Source of the DNA: a virus
Lineage: Duplodnaviria; Caudoviricetes
Length of the DNA: 26,707 nt
Strand: one strand, 5' to 3'
Virus record (IMG/VR): IMGVR_UViG_3300033516_000235
Location: 1-26,707 of that record
The notes below the pieces were generated by a model. That model saw only the letters and a program-made list of their open reading frames with translations. It was not told where the DNA came from and made no database searches. Below, in pieces: positions 8,549 through 16,879 of the stretch (the stretch's first letter is position 1; the number at the start of each line of letters is the position of its first letter). The position numbers and the translations under genes are program-made.

Positions 8549-10008
8549 TTCACGCCCCCAAGGTCGCGCCGCGCGAGGTCCGGCGCCTTGTCAATCCCTG
8601 CCGACAAGATGAATCCGTTGCCGCGCTCGACCTGTGCGGTCGTAAAGAACCCGGCGCCCGGGATGTACTCTTGCGAAACGGACGGCACGTAGTAGGTAAC
8701 CGTCAGCCGGGACGAGTGCTTGACCCGAAGGCGCAAGCCGGCGCGCAGCTTCTCATTGCCCTTGAGCCGCAGGCTTCCGCGCTCAAAGACAGATGCGCCC
8801 TTGTTGAGCAGGAAAAGGCGCTCGCGCCGTCCAGCTATCCAGTTCATGCCTTTCGCTTCTTCTGCCGCACGAAGCTCTTTCTTCTCGTCGTCGCCCATGA
8901 TCAGAGACGGCTCGTTGAGCAACGTGCTGGCCTGCAGCCGCCGCACGCCAAAGAAGGTCGCCTCTTGGTTCAGTTCCGTCATGCGCAGCGGGTTGCCGGA
9001 AGCCAGCGCCTGCGAAGAAAGGCGGTAGGTTGGCTGATCAATCAGGACGGTTCGAGCACTCTCGACTTCAAAAATGTTGTAGACGCCGGCGTCACCGCGC
9101 GAGAGTTGCGAGCTCGTCACGTCGCCCAGGCCGATTTCGACCGCATCGGGTAAGGTTTCAATGCCATCGTAGGCCAAGCCATCGCCGCCCCAGCATGGCT
9201 GCGGGCGTGCCACCAGAACCACATTGGCGCCAACGTCCTCGACATACAGTTCGTTGAATGGCCCAACATCAAGAAAGGTTGCCAGAAGCTGATAGAAGCT
9301 CATGTCCTGAGCGCCGCCGATGCCAAACGGCGACACAGCCCCGTCAATGCTAACCTTCTGGCTGATCTCCTGCGGCATGCCGCCGCGCTGGTCCGCAAGC
9401 GCTGTGATTTGCTTCAGATAGGGGTTGATCACCTTTTCAAGCACCAGGGACATGAACCCTGCGGCGCTCATATTCTTCGCATCGCCCGCGCCAGCCCACT
9501 TCTGGAAGAAATTCAATTCGTGCAGGATGTTGTCTCCGACCGCCGAATTGTTCAGGTAGAAGACCTGGATGATTTGCAGCAGCTTCCCGTAATCCTGGCC
9601 CGAAACGACGATTGAACGCTGCGGCATGCCGTTGGTGATCGTTTCTGACTTGGTGATTTGAGAGACAAAACCGCGCATCAGCACCGGCGGCCAGTCAGTA
9701 GTGCCGTCCGGCGCGCGCGCCATGCGAATCTCGATCAAGTCCATCGGCTCGATGAGCGCGTCGAGGGTTTCGAGCAGAGGAATCCCGTCATGGATATATG
9801 GGCGAGTCGTCAAGCTGATCGAGAATGACCCGGCAGGCTCGCGCACGCTCTTCTGAGTCCGCACGCCACCATCGGACAAGTAGGGCGTCAGGTCGAGGAT
9901 GCGCGGCGTCTTGTAGCGGCTCGCCGCCGCCGGCATGGTGCCGGTGATCACATCTCGCGCGCGAGTCTTGATCAGGGTGATTTTGACCTTGGGCTGATAG
10001 ACTTTCAT
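8545..10008 (-). CDS. Baseplate hub protein (gpD/gp27/gp44-like)
   Basis: Lies between tape measure and spike; motifs G.FSI.L, GFVS.I, VSG.DYGK.L, GS..LKGN...RAG, YYV..V...Y....F.T...V.RG. Confidence 0.75.
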   Translation of the reverse strand: MKVYQPKVKITLIKTRARDVITGTMPAAASRYKTPRILDLTPYLSDGGVRTQKSVREPAGSFSISLTTRPYIHDGIPLLETLDALIEPMDLIEIRMARAPDGTTDWPPVLMRGFVSQITKSETITNGMPQRSIVVSGQDYGKLLQIIQVFYLNNSAVGDNILHELNFFQKWAGAGDAKNMSAAGFMSLVLEKVINPYLKQITALADQRGGMPQEISQKVSIDGAVSPFGIGGAQDMSFYQLLATFLDVGPFNELYVEDVGANVVLVARPQPCWGGDGLAYDGIETLPDAVEIGLGDVTSSQLSRGDAGVYNIFEVESARTVLIDQPTYRLSSQALASGNPLRMTELNQEATFFGVRRLQASTLLNEPSLIMGDDEKKELRAAEEAKGMNWIAGRRERLFLLNKGASVFERGSLRLKGNEKLRAGLRLRVKHSSRLTVTYYVPSVSQEYIPGAGFFTTAQVERGNGFILSAGIDKAPDLARRDLGGVK

Positions 10009-12851
10009 CCGCGCGACATTCCGGCGCTGGTTTGCTGGAACCCACTCAATTCGACGGCCTTCTTCTCGGTGCGGCCGTCAGGGTAGTTCACGTTCAGATC
10101 TACCGATCCGCCGACCTTCGCAATCTGGTTGCCGGCGATGGCCGGGCGTGCGGCGTCGGGTATTTGCTTTTCCCGGTACGCGGCGATTTTGTCCGTGTAC
10201 TCGGAGGTTTCCTTGTTGCCCCACTTCGACTCATCCCAGCCGCCGTTATAGGCCTTCTGCGCCTTATCGTTCGTTTTGAATTTGCCCAGATTCTCCTGCA
10301 TCATCAGGCGATGAGCCTCAAGCTGGTCCGCGCGAGTGGCTATTTTCCGACCCAGCCGCGCTTCCATGACGCCCTGCTCTCGCGGCATGATTTGCCCAAG
10401 ACCCTTTGCACCTCTTGGCGAGACGGCGTTGTGGTCGCCTTGGCTCTCGACCATGATCTGCGCTTCAGAAGTGCCCGGGGCGGCGCCAAGCAGACGGTCT
10501 GTTTCGGCCAAATACGCCTTCTCGCTGTCCGAAAGCCCACTGCCTTTCGCTGGCTTCCGGCCAAGATTGGGCTTAATGCTCGGCGTGCCGGCGGGGTTTC
10601 CGTCACCACTATTCAGGACGGCCTCATGCGCTGCGCGAGGATCAATCGCAGACGGCGGATTGCCTTCGGCGGCGATTTCCTTTTTTATATCAGAAGGCGT
10701 TATCGCATTGGCTCGTCTCTCGCGCTCTTTTCGTAGCGCGTCAAGCTCTTCCTTCTCTCCGTCAAAATTAAAGCTGTGCGCCTTGCCAATGGCAGCGCTT
10801 CGCTCCTTGAACTCCTTCTCTGACATCGGCTGGATTCTTCCCTTTGCCATCGCCTTGTCGTGAACTGCTTTTTTTGCAGCATCATTAGGAGCCTCGTCCA
10901 AATTTTTCTGATACTCCTTGTTTGCCTGAAATTCTTTCATTTCTTTAGAAAGACCGCCGAATATTGGCAAATCAAGTATCTTGAAAACCCCTTCCTGAAT
11001 CATGTTTGTCAGGGGAATAATCTTCGTTGCAAATTCTTGAAACTTACGGTCAAGATCAACCTGCGCCTGGCGCGCGGCCTTCCCTTCGTCCTCAATTTCT
11101 CGGAAGGCGTTGATTTGCGTCAAAACCTTTTTCAAGCCATCTTCGGTCGTCGCGCCATTGAGCGAGTCCTTCTCCCTGGCGGTGAGTGCCTTGTTTCCAG
11201 TGAGCCCAAGTGCTTTTTCCTTCATCGTGGCAAGTTCTTTGCTGTCGCCCTGGTCGATGGCGGCCAGCATGCCCATTTGCGACAAGCTGATCTTGGACGC
11301 GTCTTTTCCAGTTCCGCTTAGCGCGCTGGCGATGCGCTCCTGAAGCCCGCCGATCCCGCCTTCGCTTCCGTGCTGCTTGATCAGCGAGCGCGCGCCAATG
11401 TCGGACACGCCATACTTGCCCATCATTGCCATCGGCAGAAATTCAGGGCTGTAGGAGGATTTCATTTCGTCGACATCGCGGTCGTAGAACGACTTGCTTC
11501 CGCCGCGCTTTGCCATGTCCAGCAAATGCGCCTGCCGGGCCTTATCACCGTCCGCCAGCTTGTAGAGCGGTGAGTTCTTACCGAACGTGCTTTGCGCACT
11601 CGCCCACGGGCCGGCATCGCCAATGGCGCCCATGTCTGTGGCGTTCGCCCCGAATCGCTGCGCCCAGCCAAGGCGCATGTTCATCCCAGCCTCGCCACCG
11701 CCATTTGCCCAATTGCCGGCGACTTGCCCCATGAGGTTTGCCGAGCCCCTGGCATCCATTCCCGGCAGCTTCATGCCGCCGAGCTTGCCCATCAATTCGG
11801 CATAGCCTTCGACGTTGGCGACCTGCAGTGATTGGCGCGACGTGGATTCAGTGAAATGCGCGATGGCGCTCATCACCTCATCGGCCTTCGAGAAGGCGCC
11901 GGTCTTTCCCACGGCATCACCGATCAGGTAGGCCAGCTTGCGATTGTCCTTTTCGCCGTCCGAGGCCTTGAAGTGGCGCATCGTGGCGAGAAAATCGACG
12001 CCGGCCTCCGGCGCCAGGCCGAGCCCTCGAGATAGTTGGGTACCTTGCCCTACGGCCTGGCCGATGCCAAAGCGGGCGGACTCGCCAAAAATCTGCGACG
12101 ACGCGGCGTACTGCTTGGCGAGCTTGGCGCTTTCGGCGCTGCTGATGCCCATTCCGTTCGTGAAAAGACGAACGGACTCGCGCAACTCGTCAAACCCAAC
12201 GGCGGCACCGCCGACCGACATTCGCAAGTCGTGGTACTGCGTCGCTTCGTCTTGCGCATCACCGACCTTCTGACCGACCTTCTGCACAGCCTTGATGCCG
12301 ACATAAGCCAATGCGGCGATGCCTGCCGCTTTTCCGATCATTCCCATGCCGCCGGCCGAGCCCGCGCCACCGTCAGAGTCTTGCGCGCTCCTGTAGCCTT
12401 GGTGAAGGATTCCGCTCGCAACACCGCCGCCCGCGCCGGTCGCGCGGAACATTCCGCCAAACGCAGTCCGAAGCATTCCGCCAATGCCGCCGCTCTGCTG
12501 TTGCGTTGGGCCAAGACCAAGCTGCTGCATCACCTCGTTGTAATGACGGTTTGCCTGCCGCTGCCCGGGAAAAGTCTGGCTGAATCCATTCGCCCACTTC
12601 TCCATGTCGCCGCCGTAGCGCTTCAAGCGCTGGCTGAACTTTGACATTTCCGTGAAATCGCGAGCGACTTGCGCAATCTGCGCATCGGTGAAAGTCTTGC
12701 CCATGCGCTGAGTGAGCGCCCGGCGGGCCGCCGCCTCGCGCTTTGCGATTTCGGAATCGGGGATTGTCCCGCCAGGACTGTTTCCACCGCCGGGCTTATT
12801 CGGCGTTCCGCCGTCTACCTTGACTTTCGCGTTGATATCAATGCTTGGCAT
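10005..12851 (-). CDS. Tape measure protein with C-terminal soluble lytic transglycosylase (SLT) domain
   Basis: 948 aa, Ala/Gly-rich and helical, after the chaperones. SLT motifs IMVESQG...AVSP.GA.GL.QIMP, AYNGG, ET..Y..KI. Confidence 0.9.
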   Translation of the reverse strand: MPSIDINAKVKVDGGTPNKPGGGNSPGGTIPDSEIAKREAAARRALTQRMGKTFTDAQIAQVARDFTEMSKFSQRLKRYGGDMEKWANGFSQTFPGQRQANRHYNEVMQQLGLGPTQQQSGGIGGMLRTAFGGMFRATGAGGGVASGILHQGYRSAQDSDGGAGSAGGMGMIGKAAGIAALAYVGIKAVQKVGQKVGDAQDEATQYHDLRMSVGGAAVGFDELRESVRLFTNGMGISSAESAKLAKQYAASSQIFGESARFGIGQAVGQGTQLSRGLGLAPEAGVDFLATMRHFKASDGEKDNRKLAYLIGDAVGKTGAFSKADEVMSAIAHFTESTSRQSLQVANVEGYAELMGKLGGMKLPGMDARGSANLMGQVAGNWANGGGEAGMNMRLGWAQRFGANATDMGAIGDAGPWASAQSTFGKNSPLYKLADGDKARQAHLLDMAKRGGSKSFYDRDVDEMKSSYSPEFLPMAMMGKYGVSDIGARSLIKQHGSEGGIGGLQERIASALSGTGKDASKISLSQMGMLAAIDQGDSKELATMKEKALGLTGNKALTAREKDSLNGATTEDGLKKVLTQINAFREIEDEGKAARQAQVDLDRKFQEFATKIIPLTNMIQEGVFKILDLPIFGGLSKEMKEFQANKEYQKNLDEAPNDAAKKAVHDKAMAKGRIQPMSEKEFKERSAAIGKAHSFNFDGEKEELDALRKERERRANAITPSDIKKEIAAEGNPPSAIDPRAAHEAVLNSGDGNPAGTPSIKPNLGRKPAKGSGLSDSEKAYLAETDRLLGAAPGTSEAQIMVESQGDHNAVSPRGAKGLGQIMPREQGVMEARLGRKIATRADQLEAHRLMMQENLGKFKTNDKAQKAYNGGWDESKWGNKETSEYTDKIAAYREKQIPDAARPAIAGNQIAKVGGSVDLNVNYPDGRTEKKAVELSGFQQTSAGMSRG

Positions 12852-13146
12852 CGTTTATACCTTCCTCCCACTCCCCAGCCGCAATAGCATCGGCCCGGTC
12901 GGCTTCGGCGAGGATTTCTTCAATATCAATGTCGTCGTCTTCGTAGTCTTCGACCGCGTTAGTTTCTGCGTACTGGCATGCCCAGAACTCGGCCTCAACC
13001 TCTTCCGGGGTCAAGGCCAAGAATCGCGGATCATTCGGCGGTAGGTTGTACCGGCGGCGAAACCAGAACGGGATCGACTTCGACAGAGCCTTGCCCGCCT
13101 TCTTCGCGCGCTGCGTCTCGGTCTTTTCGAAATCGGGCCTCGGCAT
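12838..13146 (-). CDS. Tail assembly chaperone, frameshift extension (gpT-like)
   Basis: WFRRRYNLPPNDPRFL.LT.EE motif and acidic tail. Overlaps the upstream chaperone by 116 nt in the +1 frame and directly precedes the tape measure gene. Confidence 0.75.
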   Translation of the reverse strand: MPRPDFEKTETQRAKKAGKALSKSIPFWFRRRYNLPPNDPRFLALTPEEVEAEFWACQYAETNAVEDYEDDDIDIEEILAEADRADAIAAGEWEEGINDAKH

Positions 13147-13435
13147 CTTGCAGCTTCAAGAAAAGCTGCCATGCCTGGTCCTCCGCTTCAGGGCGATCCA
13201 CCAAGTCAATCGCTTCGATGTCTTCCCAGCCCTTCGGGCAGGACACATTTAGCGTCTTGTAGACGGCGACAACCGTCACTTCGGCGACAGCATCAAGGTC
13301 GTCGCCAAAATCGCGTGACATGCGCGCAATCTCGCCGCGAATCTTGATTCGGTCGCCGAAGGTGCGCCGGGCAAAGCGAAACTTGCCGACCCCATCGAGT
13401 TCGATCAGGAAGTCGGTATCCTTTGGCTCGCGCAT
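13031..13435 (-). CDS. Tail assembly chaperone (gpG-like)
   Basis: Position between tube and tape measure, small acidic protein, candidate shift site TTT-CGA near the 3' end. Confidence 0.75.
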   Translation of the reverse strand: MREPKDTDFLIELDGVGKFRFARRTFGDRIKIRGEIARMSRDFGDDLDAVAEVTVVAVYKTLNVSCPKGWEDIEAIDLVDRPEAEDQAWQLFLKLQDAEARFRKDRDAAREEGGQGSVEVDPVLVSPPVQPTAE

Positions 13436-13438
13436 GGG

Positions 13439-13864
13439 TTAAACGCCGATGCCAGAGACTTTGAGCGCGTTGAACGATGCGCTGGTGCTGACGACCTGGT
13501 TGGCCGTGATGCGAACGTCACCAGAGGCATAAGAACAGCCCATGTATTTCCGCAGTTCTTCGCCGGTGTCCTTGGCGATGACGACAATATCGAACACCCG
13601 GCCGACCAGCGCGTCGTCGCCGTCAGTGACCGTAATTCCGGCACTGCGAAGCTGCTCCTTCTCGAGAACGATCGCCTCAATCTGCAGCGAGTACCGGGCG
13701 GTTGTCGGGACATATTCGAGAACGTTGATGTCGCCAATTCCGGTCACCGGCTCCGGGCTATAATCGTCATGCAACGAAACGGACTTGCACGCCCCTACCT
13801 GCTTGCCGTCGAACATGACGGCGATTCGATTGCCTGATTTTGCTTTGACGTTGGTCGATGCCAT
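13439..13864 (-). CDS. Tail tube protein
   Basis: 141 aa; SGN.I...DGKQVG...S.S...DY...PV..IG.I...EYVP resembles SPO1/Twort-like tube proteins (recalled); GGAG RBS. Confidence 0.85.
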   Translation of the reverse strand: MASTNVKAKSGNRIAVMFDGKQVGACKSVSLHDDYSPEPVTGIGDINVLEYVPTTARYSLQIEAIVLEKEQLRSAGITVTDGDDALVGRVFDIVVIAKDTGEELRKYMGCSYASGDVRITANQVVSTSASFNALKVSGIGV

Positions 13865-13868
13865 GACA

Positions 13869-13893
13869 TGACTCCATGTGGATAATGGAGTCA
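13869..13893 (-). promoter_or_regulatory. 9-bp hairpin TGACTCCAT-TATCCAC-ATGGAGTCA sequestering the tube-gene RBS
   Basis: Perfect inverted repeat; the 3' arm contains GGAG and the 5' arm lies mostly upstream of the predicted +1 (13886). Confidence 0.7.
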
Positions 13894-13908
13894 GCGTGGC
13901 GTCACGAC
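13886..13908 (-). promoter_or_regulatory. Putative late promoter GTCGTGAC-GC-CACGCT-GACTCC-A
   Basis: Copy of the seven-fold motif upstream of the tube gene. Confidence 0.8.
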
Positions 13909-13963
13909 CGGAACGGGAGTATGGTTCATTCCTTTTATGAAATCGCGTGAACAGAGGGAATAA

Positions 13964-14494
13964 ATGATCCGAATAAACATTTTTGTCGCCGCAGTATTTC
14001 TACTTGCGGCAACTCACGCCGCAGCGCAAGATGACCCGTGCAGCAAGAAATGGGCGTACCCGGACAACGCCATCAAGCATCACACAGCGGACTCGACATG
14101 GAAGAACTGCGGCGAGCCGGAAGTTCGGATGGTGGCGGTTTACCAACAGAAGAACTTGGTATGGAGGCGCTGTAGCGAGGGGCAAGCATGGAGCGCCGGA
14201 ACATGCAAAGGTGGGGCAAGCCTTTTCACATATGAGCAGGCGCTGAAACGCGCTGAATCTCAAGCCGGCTGGCGAATGCCAGATCAGTTGGAGTTGAGTT
14301 CCCTACACCGTGGCACCAAAGACACCCCTGCAATCGATCTTGCTGCATTCCCCTCTACTCCTGGATTTGCCTATTGGTCATCGACGCCGGCAGGCCCAGA
14401 AGGATATGCGTGCGGATATGATTTTCGTGATGGCGGCGTAGAGGTATGCACGCTTCGGAGCAAGAAATTCCATGTGCGGTTGGTGCGCCAGTAA
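13964..14494 (+). CDS. Secreted DUF1566 / Lcl C-terminal-like (CLec-fold) protein; moron
   Basis: Signal peptide (MIRINIFVAAVFLLAATHAAA); LVWRRC.EGQ.W, GWRMP...EL.SL, ID..AFP.TP...YWSST, VRLVR; GAGGGA RBS; opposite strand to its neighbours. Confidence 0.85.
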   Translation: MIRINIFVAAVFLLAATHAAAQDDPCSKKWAYPDNAIKHHTADSTWKNCGEPEVRMVAVYQQKNLVWRRCSEGQAWSAGTCKGGASLFTYEQALKRAESQAGWRMPDQLELSSLHRGTKDTPAIDLAAFPSTPGFAYWSSTPAGPEGYACGYDFRDGGVEVCTLRSKKFHVRLVRQ

Positions 14495-14495
14495 T

Positions 14496-14834
14496 ATGCG
14501 AATATCAACGAGACGTTATGGAATTGGCGCGGTTCTACTGGCGGCGTCAATTACCGCCTTCGCCGATTGTCCCGCCGGCCAGGTGCCCGGCCACGACCGA
14601 AACGGCAACCGAGCGTGCATCAGCACTGAGAATCAGAACGTCGTCGCCCTGGATGCCGTGCAGGACGCGCACTGCTCGCCGGGGTATGAACGGTTTCTGG
14701 ATCCGCAAGGCCGGTATGTCTGCATCGACAAGAAGACGGGCGTGAATGCCAATCCGCGCCGAGCGAACTGCCCGCCTGGCACTTGGCTGAAAACGGATGC
14801 TTGGGGCTACGAGCGCTGCTTCCCTGTGCCCTGA
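14496..14834 (+). CDS. Small secreted cysteine-repeat protein (3 x C-x2-G-x5-D-x2-G-x3-C); start revised to ATG 14496
   Basis: Signal peptide ending AFA; repeats CPAGQVPGHDRNGNRAC, CSPGYERFLDPQGRYVC, CPPGTWLKTDAWGYERC; ATG one base after the upstream stop. Confidence 0.8.
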   Translation: MRISTRRYGIGAVLLAASITAFADCPAGQVPGHDRNGNRACISTENQNVVALDAVQDAHCSPGYERFLDPQGRYVCIDKKTGVNANPRRANCPPGTWLKTDAWGYERCFPVP

Positions 14835-14839
14835 CAGGC

Positions 14840-14869
14840 AAAAAAGAAGCCGCGCAAGGCGGCCTCTTT
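14840..14869 (-). terminator. Intrinsic terminator after the sheath gene, possibly bidirectional
   Basis: Minus strand GAGGCCGC-CTTGC-GCGGCTTC-TTTTTT between convergent genes. Confidence 0.8.
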
Positions 14870-14887
14870 ACTGGAATCCCCTCTCGG

Positions 14888-16606
14888 TTAGAGCGAGGCG
14901 CTACCGCTCCACGGAACGGCGTGCAAGACGATGGTGATGTAGTTGCACGGCAGAACAGGGCTGCACTCGAATTCGACCTTCATCTGGTCGCCGTCGATAC
15001 TGGCCTTGATGTTTTTGTAGGCCGGGTTTTCCTTGTCGCCGACAATGACCGCCGGCCCCATCGGCTCGGGCTCGGCCAATTTCGCCAACGTCGAATCGAC
15101 GCGAGAAATCGCCTGAGCCAGCAGCAGCGGCGTCGCTTTCTGCCCGCGCAGGTCGTCGAGGATGTTGCGGACGTTCCGAGAAACGAAGTCGCATGCAACG
15201 CCGACCGAGATTTCGACCCGGTTGTAGTTGTCATTGACGCGCCAGGTGGTGATTGACTTGACCACCTTGTAGCCCTTGGCCGTGTCCTCGACGCACAGCA
15301 CGCCGCCGAGGATCAGCTTGTCGGTATCGGTCGGGTTGCGCAGCTTGCGCTCCAGGCCGCGTACCTTGATCGTCTTGTTGGTCAGTGCGGTACCCGGATT
15401 GACGCCGGAGAACGCGCCGGCCAGCATGGCGGCCAGGATGTAGGGCGGATAGAGCGTCAGAACGCCGGCCGCGTTATAGTCGTAGAATCCCAGGTGCGTA
15501 TAGGACGTGCGGTCGCTGCCGAGCGCCTTGGCCGCCGCAATGGCTGCTTCGTCGGTGGCGCCCGTGTCGCCGCCGGTGATGGCGCGGCGCTCCATACGCG
15601 CGATATTGCTCATGTACGCGCAGTGCGTGTCGGCCATCGCATGAATGGACGGCATCGGCGACACCGGAGACACCCACTGAACATCGACCGTCTGCAGCAC
15701 CTCGAATGCTTCTTGCCATTGGGTGTTGGTCACTTCGCCATTGCTTGCTCCGGCGAGGTAGGTGAAGGCAATGTTTGCCGGGACCGTGCCGACATTGACC
15801 TTTCGAGTCGCGGTGATGAAGCCTTCGCCATTCGAGTTGAACCAATCCACGACCGCTTGCAAGTTCGCCGTTGCCGTGTAGCTGGTCGTCTTGACCGACT
15901 GCGCTGACACAAAATCCAGGCCGTTGAGCGTCGCCTTCTCGTCGTTTCCGTCAAGAACGGCCGCCTCAAACCCAGCGATTGCGCCGATTCGATCAACCAC
16001 CTGGCTGATCGTGCCGTAGGTCGTCAGATCGATCACCACGGCCGGAGTGGCACCGGCCGTAAGGGTCACCGCCGAAGAGGTCACCGACAAGGTCGCCGTT
16101 GCTTCGGTGCCGGTATAGACGACCGAGAACGCGTTGCGGTGGACATTGTCGCTGTTGTAGTAGTCGTCACCGAATTGCGTCGTCAAACTCTTTCCGACAA
16201 CCGAGCCGGCTTCGATCTTGACCTTGATGCTGTTGGTGAAGAGGCCGTAGCCTTGCGAAACGAGGTCGATCACGCTGGCGGCCGAGCCATCCTTGAGCGC
16301 AAGGCTCGCCTGCGTTGCCGGATTGACGCGGACGAAAATCACCGTCGACGGACCGTAGGTCTGCGCGGACGGGTCGAAAGCCAACTCGATAGCCTTCAGT
16401 GCATCGCCGGAGCGCAGCACGTCACGAGCTTCGGAAGCCGAGCCAAAGCTGAGTGCTGTCATCGGCTTGCCGCCTTCGGACTTCCCGATCACGGCCAGAA
16501 CGTTGCCAACGCTCAGGTTCTTGTTGTACATGGCCGAGTCATCGACCACGCTCATTGTTGCCGGGCTCACCCACAGCCGGCCGTTGAAAAACACACCCAT
16601 GGTCAA
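14888..16606 (-). CDS. Contractile tail sheath protein
   Basis: 572 aa; IG.SEGGKP......S..EA..VLRSG..L.AIELAF.PS N-terminus as recalled for SPO1/Twort-like sheaths; C-terminal P...LT.K, GV..VE, ITT, EISV....DF, P.LP.NYI; AAGGAG RBS. Confidence 0.93.
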   Translation of the reverse strand: MTMGVFFNGRLWVSPATMSVVDDSAMYNKNLSVGNVLAVIGKSEGGKPMTALSFGSASEARDVLRSGDALKAIELAFDPSAQTYGPSTVIFVRVNPATQASLALKDGSAASVIDLVSQGYGLFTNSIKVKIEAGSVVGKSLTTQFGDDYYNSDNVHRNAFSVVYTGTEATATLSVTSSAVTLTAGATPAVVIDLTTYGTISQVVDRIGAIAGFEAAVLDGNDEKATLNGLDFVSAQSVKTTSYTATANLQAVVDWFNSNGEGFITATRKVNVGTVPANIAFTYLAGASNGEVTNTQWQEAFEVLQTVDVQWVSPVSPMPSIHAMADTHCAYMSNIARMERRAITGGDTGATDEAAIAAAKALGSDRTSYTHLGFYDYNAAGVLTLYPPYILAAMLAGAFSGVNPGTALTNKTIKVRGLERKLRNPTDTDKLILGGVLCVEDTAKGYKVVKSITTWRVNDNYNRVEISVGVACDFVSRNVRNILDDLRGQKATPLLLAQAISRVDSTLAKLAEPEPMGPAVIVGDKENPAYKNIKASIDGDQMKVEFECSPVLPCNYITIVLHAVPWSGSASL

Positions 16607-16612
16607 TCTCCT

Positions 16613-16861
16613 TTAAGCGGGCTGATTTGCGAAAGCGACGAGGCGCGCGGCGAACGCAGACGACACGTCCTTGGTGCGGCCGGCAACGCGCTCGGAATGC
16701 TCAAAACCGCCGATCAACTCGACGCGGCGATCCGTAGCGGAAAGCCGGGTGCAGAACTCAATCAGCGACAACGGCGTTTCGGCCTCGACGACATCCGCAA
16801 CGGCCTCGGCAACCACGGCAACGACTTCAGCCTGGCTGGCGACGGGTTCATTTTTTGCCAT
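16613..16861 (-). CDS. Small conserved-looking protein upstream of the sheath
   Basis: 82-aa ORF filling the gap, strong AAGGAG RBS. Confidence 0.75.
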   Translation of the reverse strand: MAKNEPVASQAEVVAVVAEAVADVVEAETPLSLIEFCTRLSATDRRVELIGGFEHSERVAGRTKDVSSAFAARLVAFANQPA

Positions 16862-16879
16862 TTGGAAAAGCTCCTTTAT

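Noticed and set aside
14370-14494. DUF1566 C-terminus as a second DGR variable region
   Set aside because: Codons are not NNC/NNT-biased (GCA, CCA, GAA, GGA, GTA, AAG, AAA), there is no similarity to the fibre VR, and no hairpin follows.
16421-16428. Near-match GTCACGAG and other CGTGAC cores inside genes (for example near 13315, 18990, 21940, 23680)
   Set aside because: They are intragenic and lack the YAnnnT hexamer 2 nt downstream.
4724-16606. PAAR, spike, sheath and tube read as a T6SS, tailocin or extracellular contractile injection system
   Set aside because: Capsid, scaffold, protease and neck genes are contiguous, and no T6SS membrane complex or eCIS ATPase is present; this is a phage tail.
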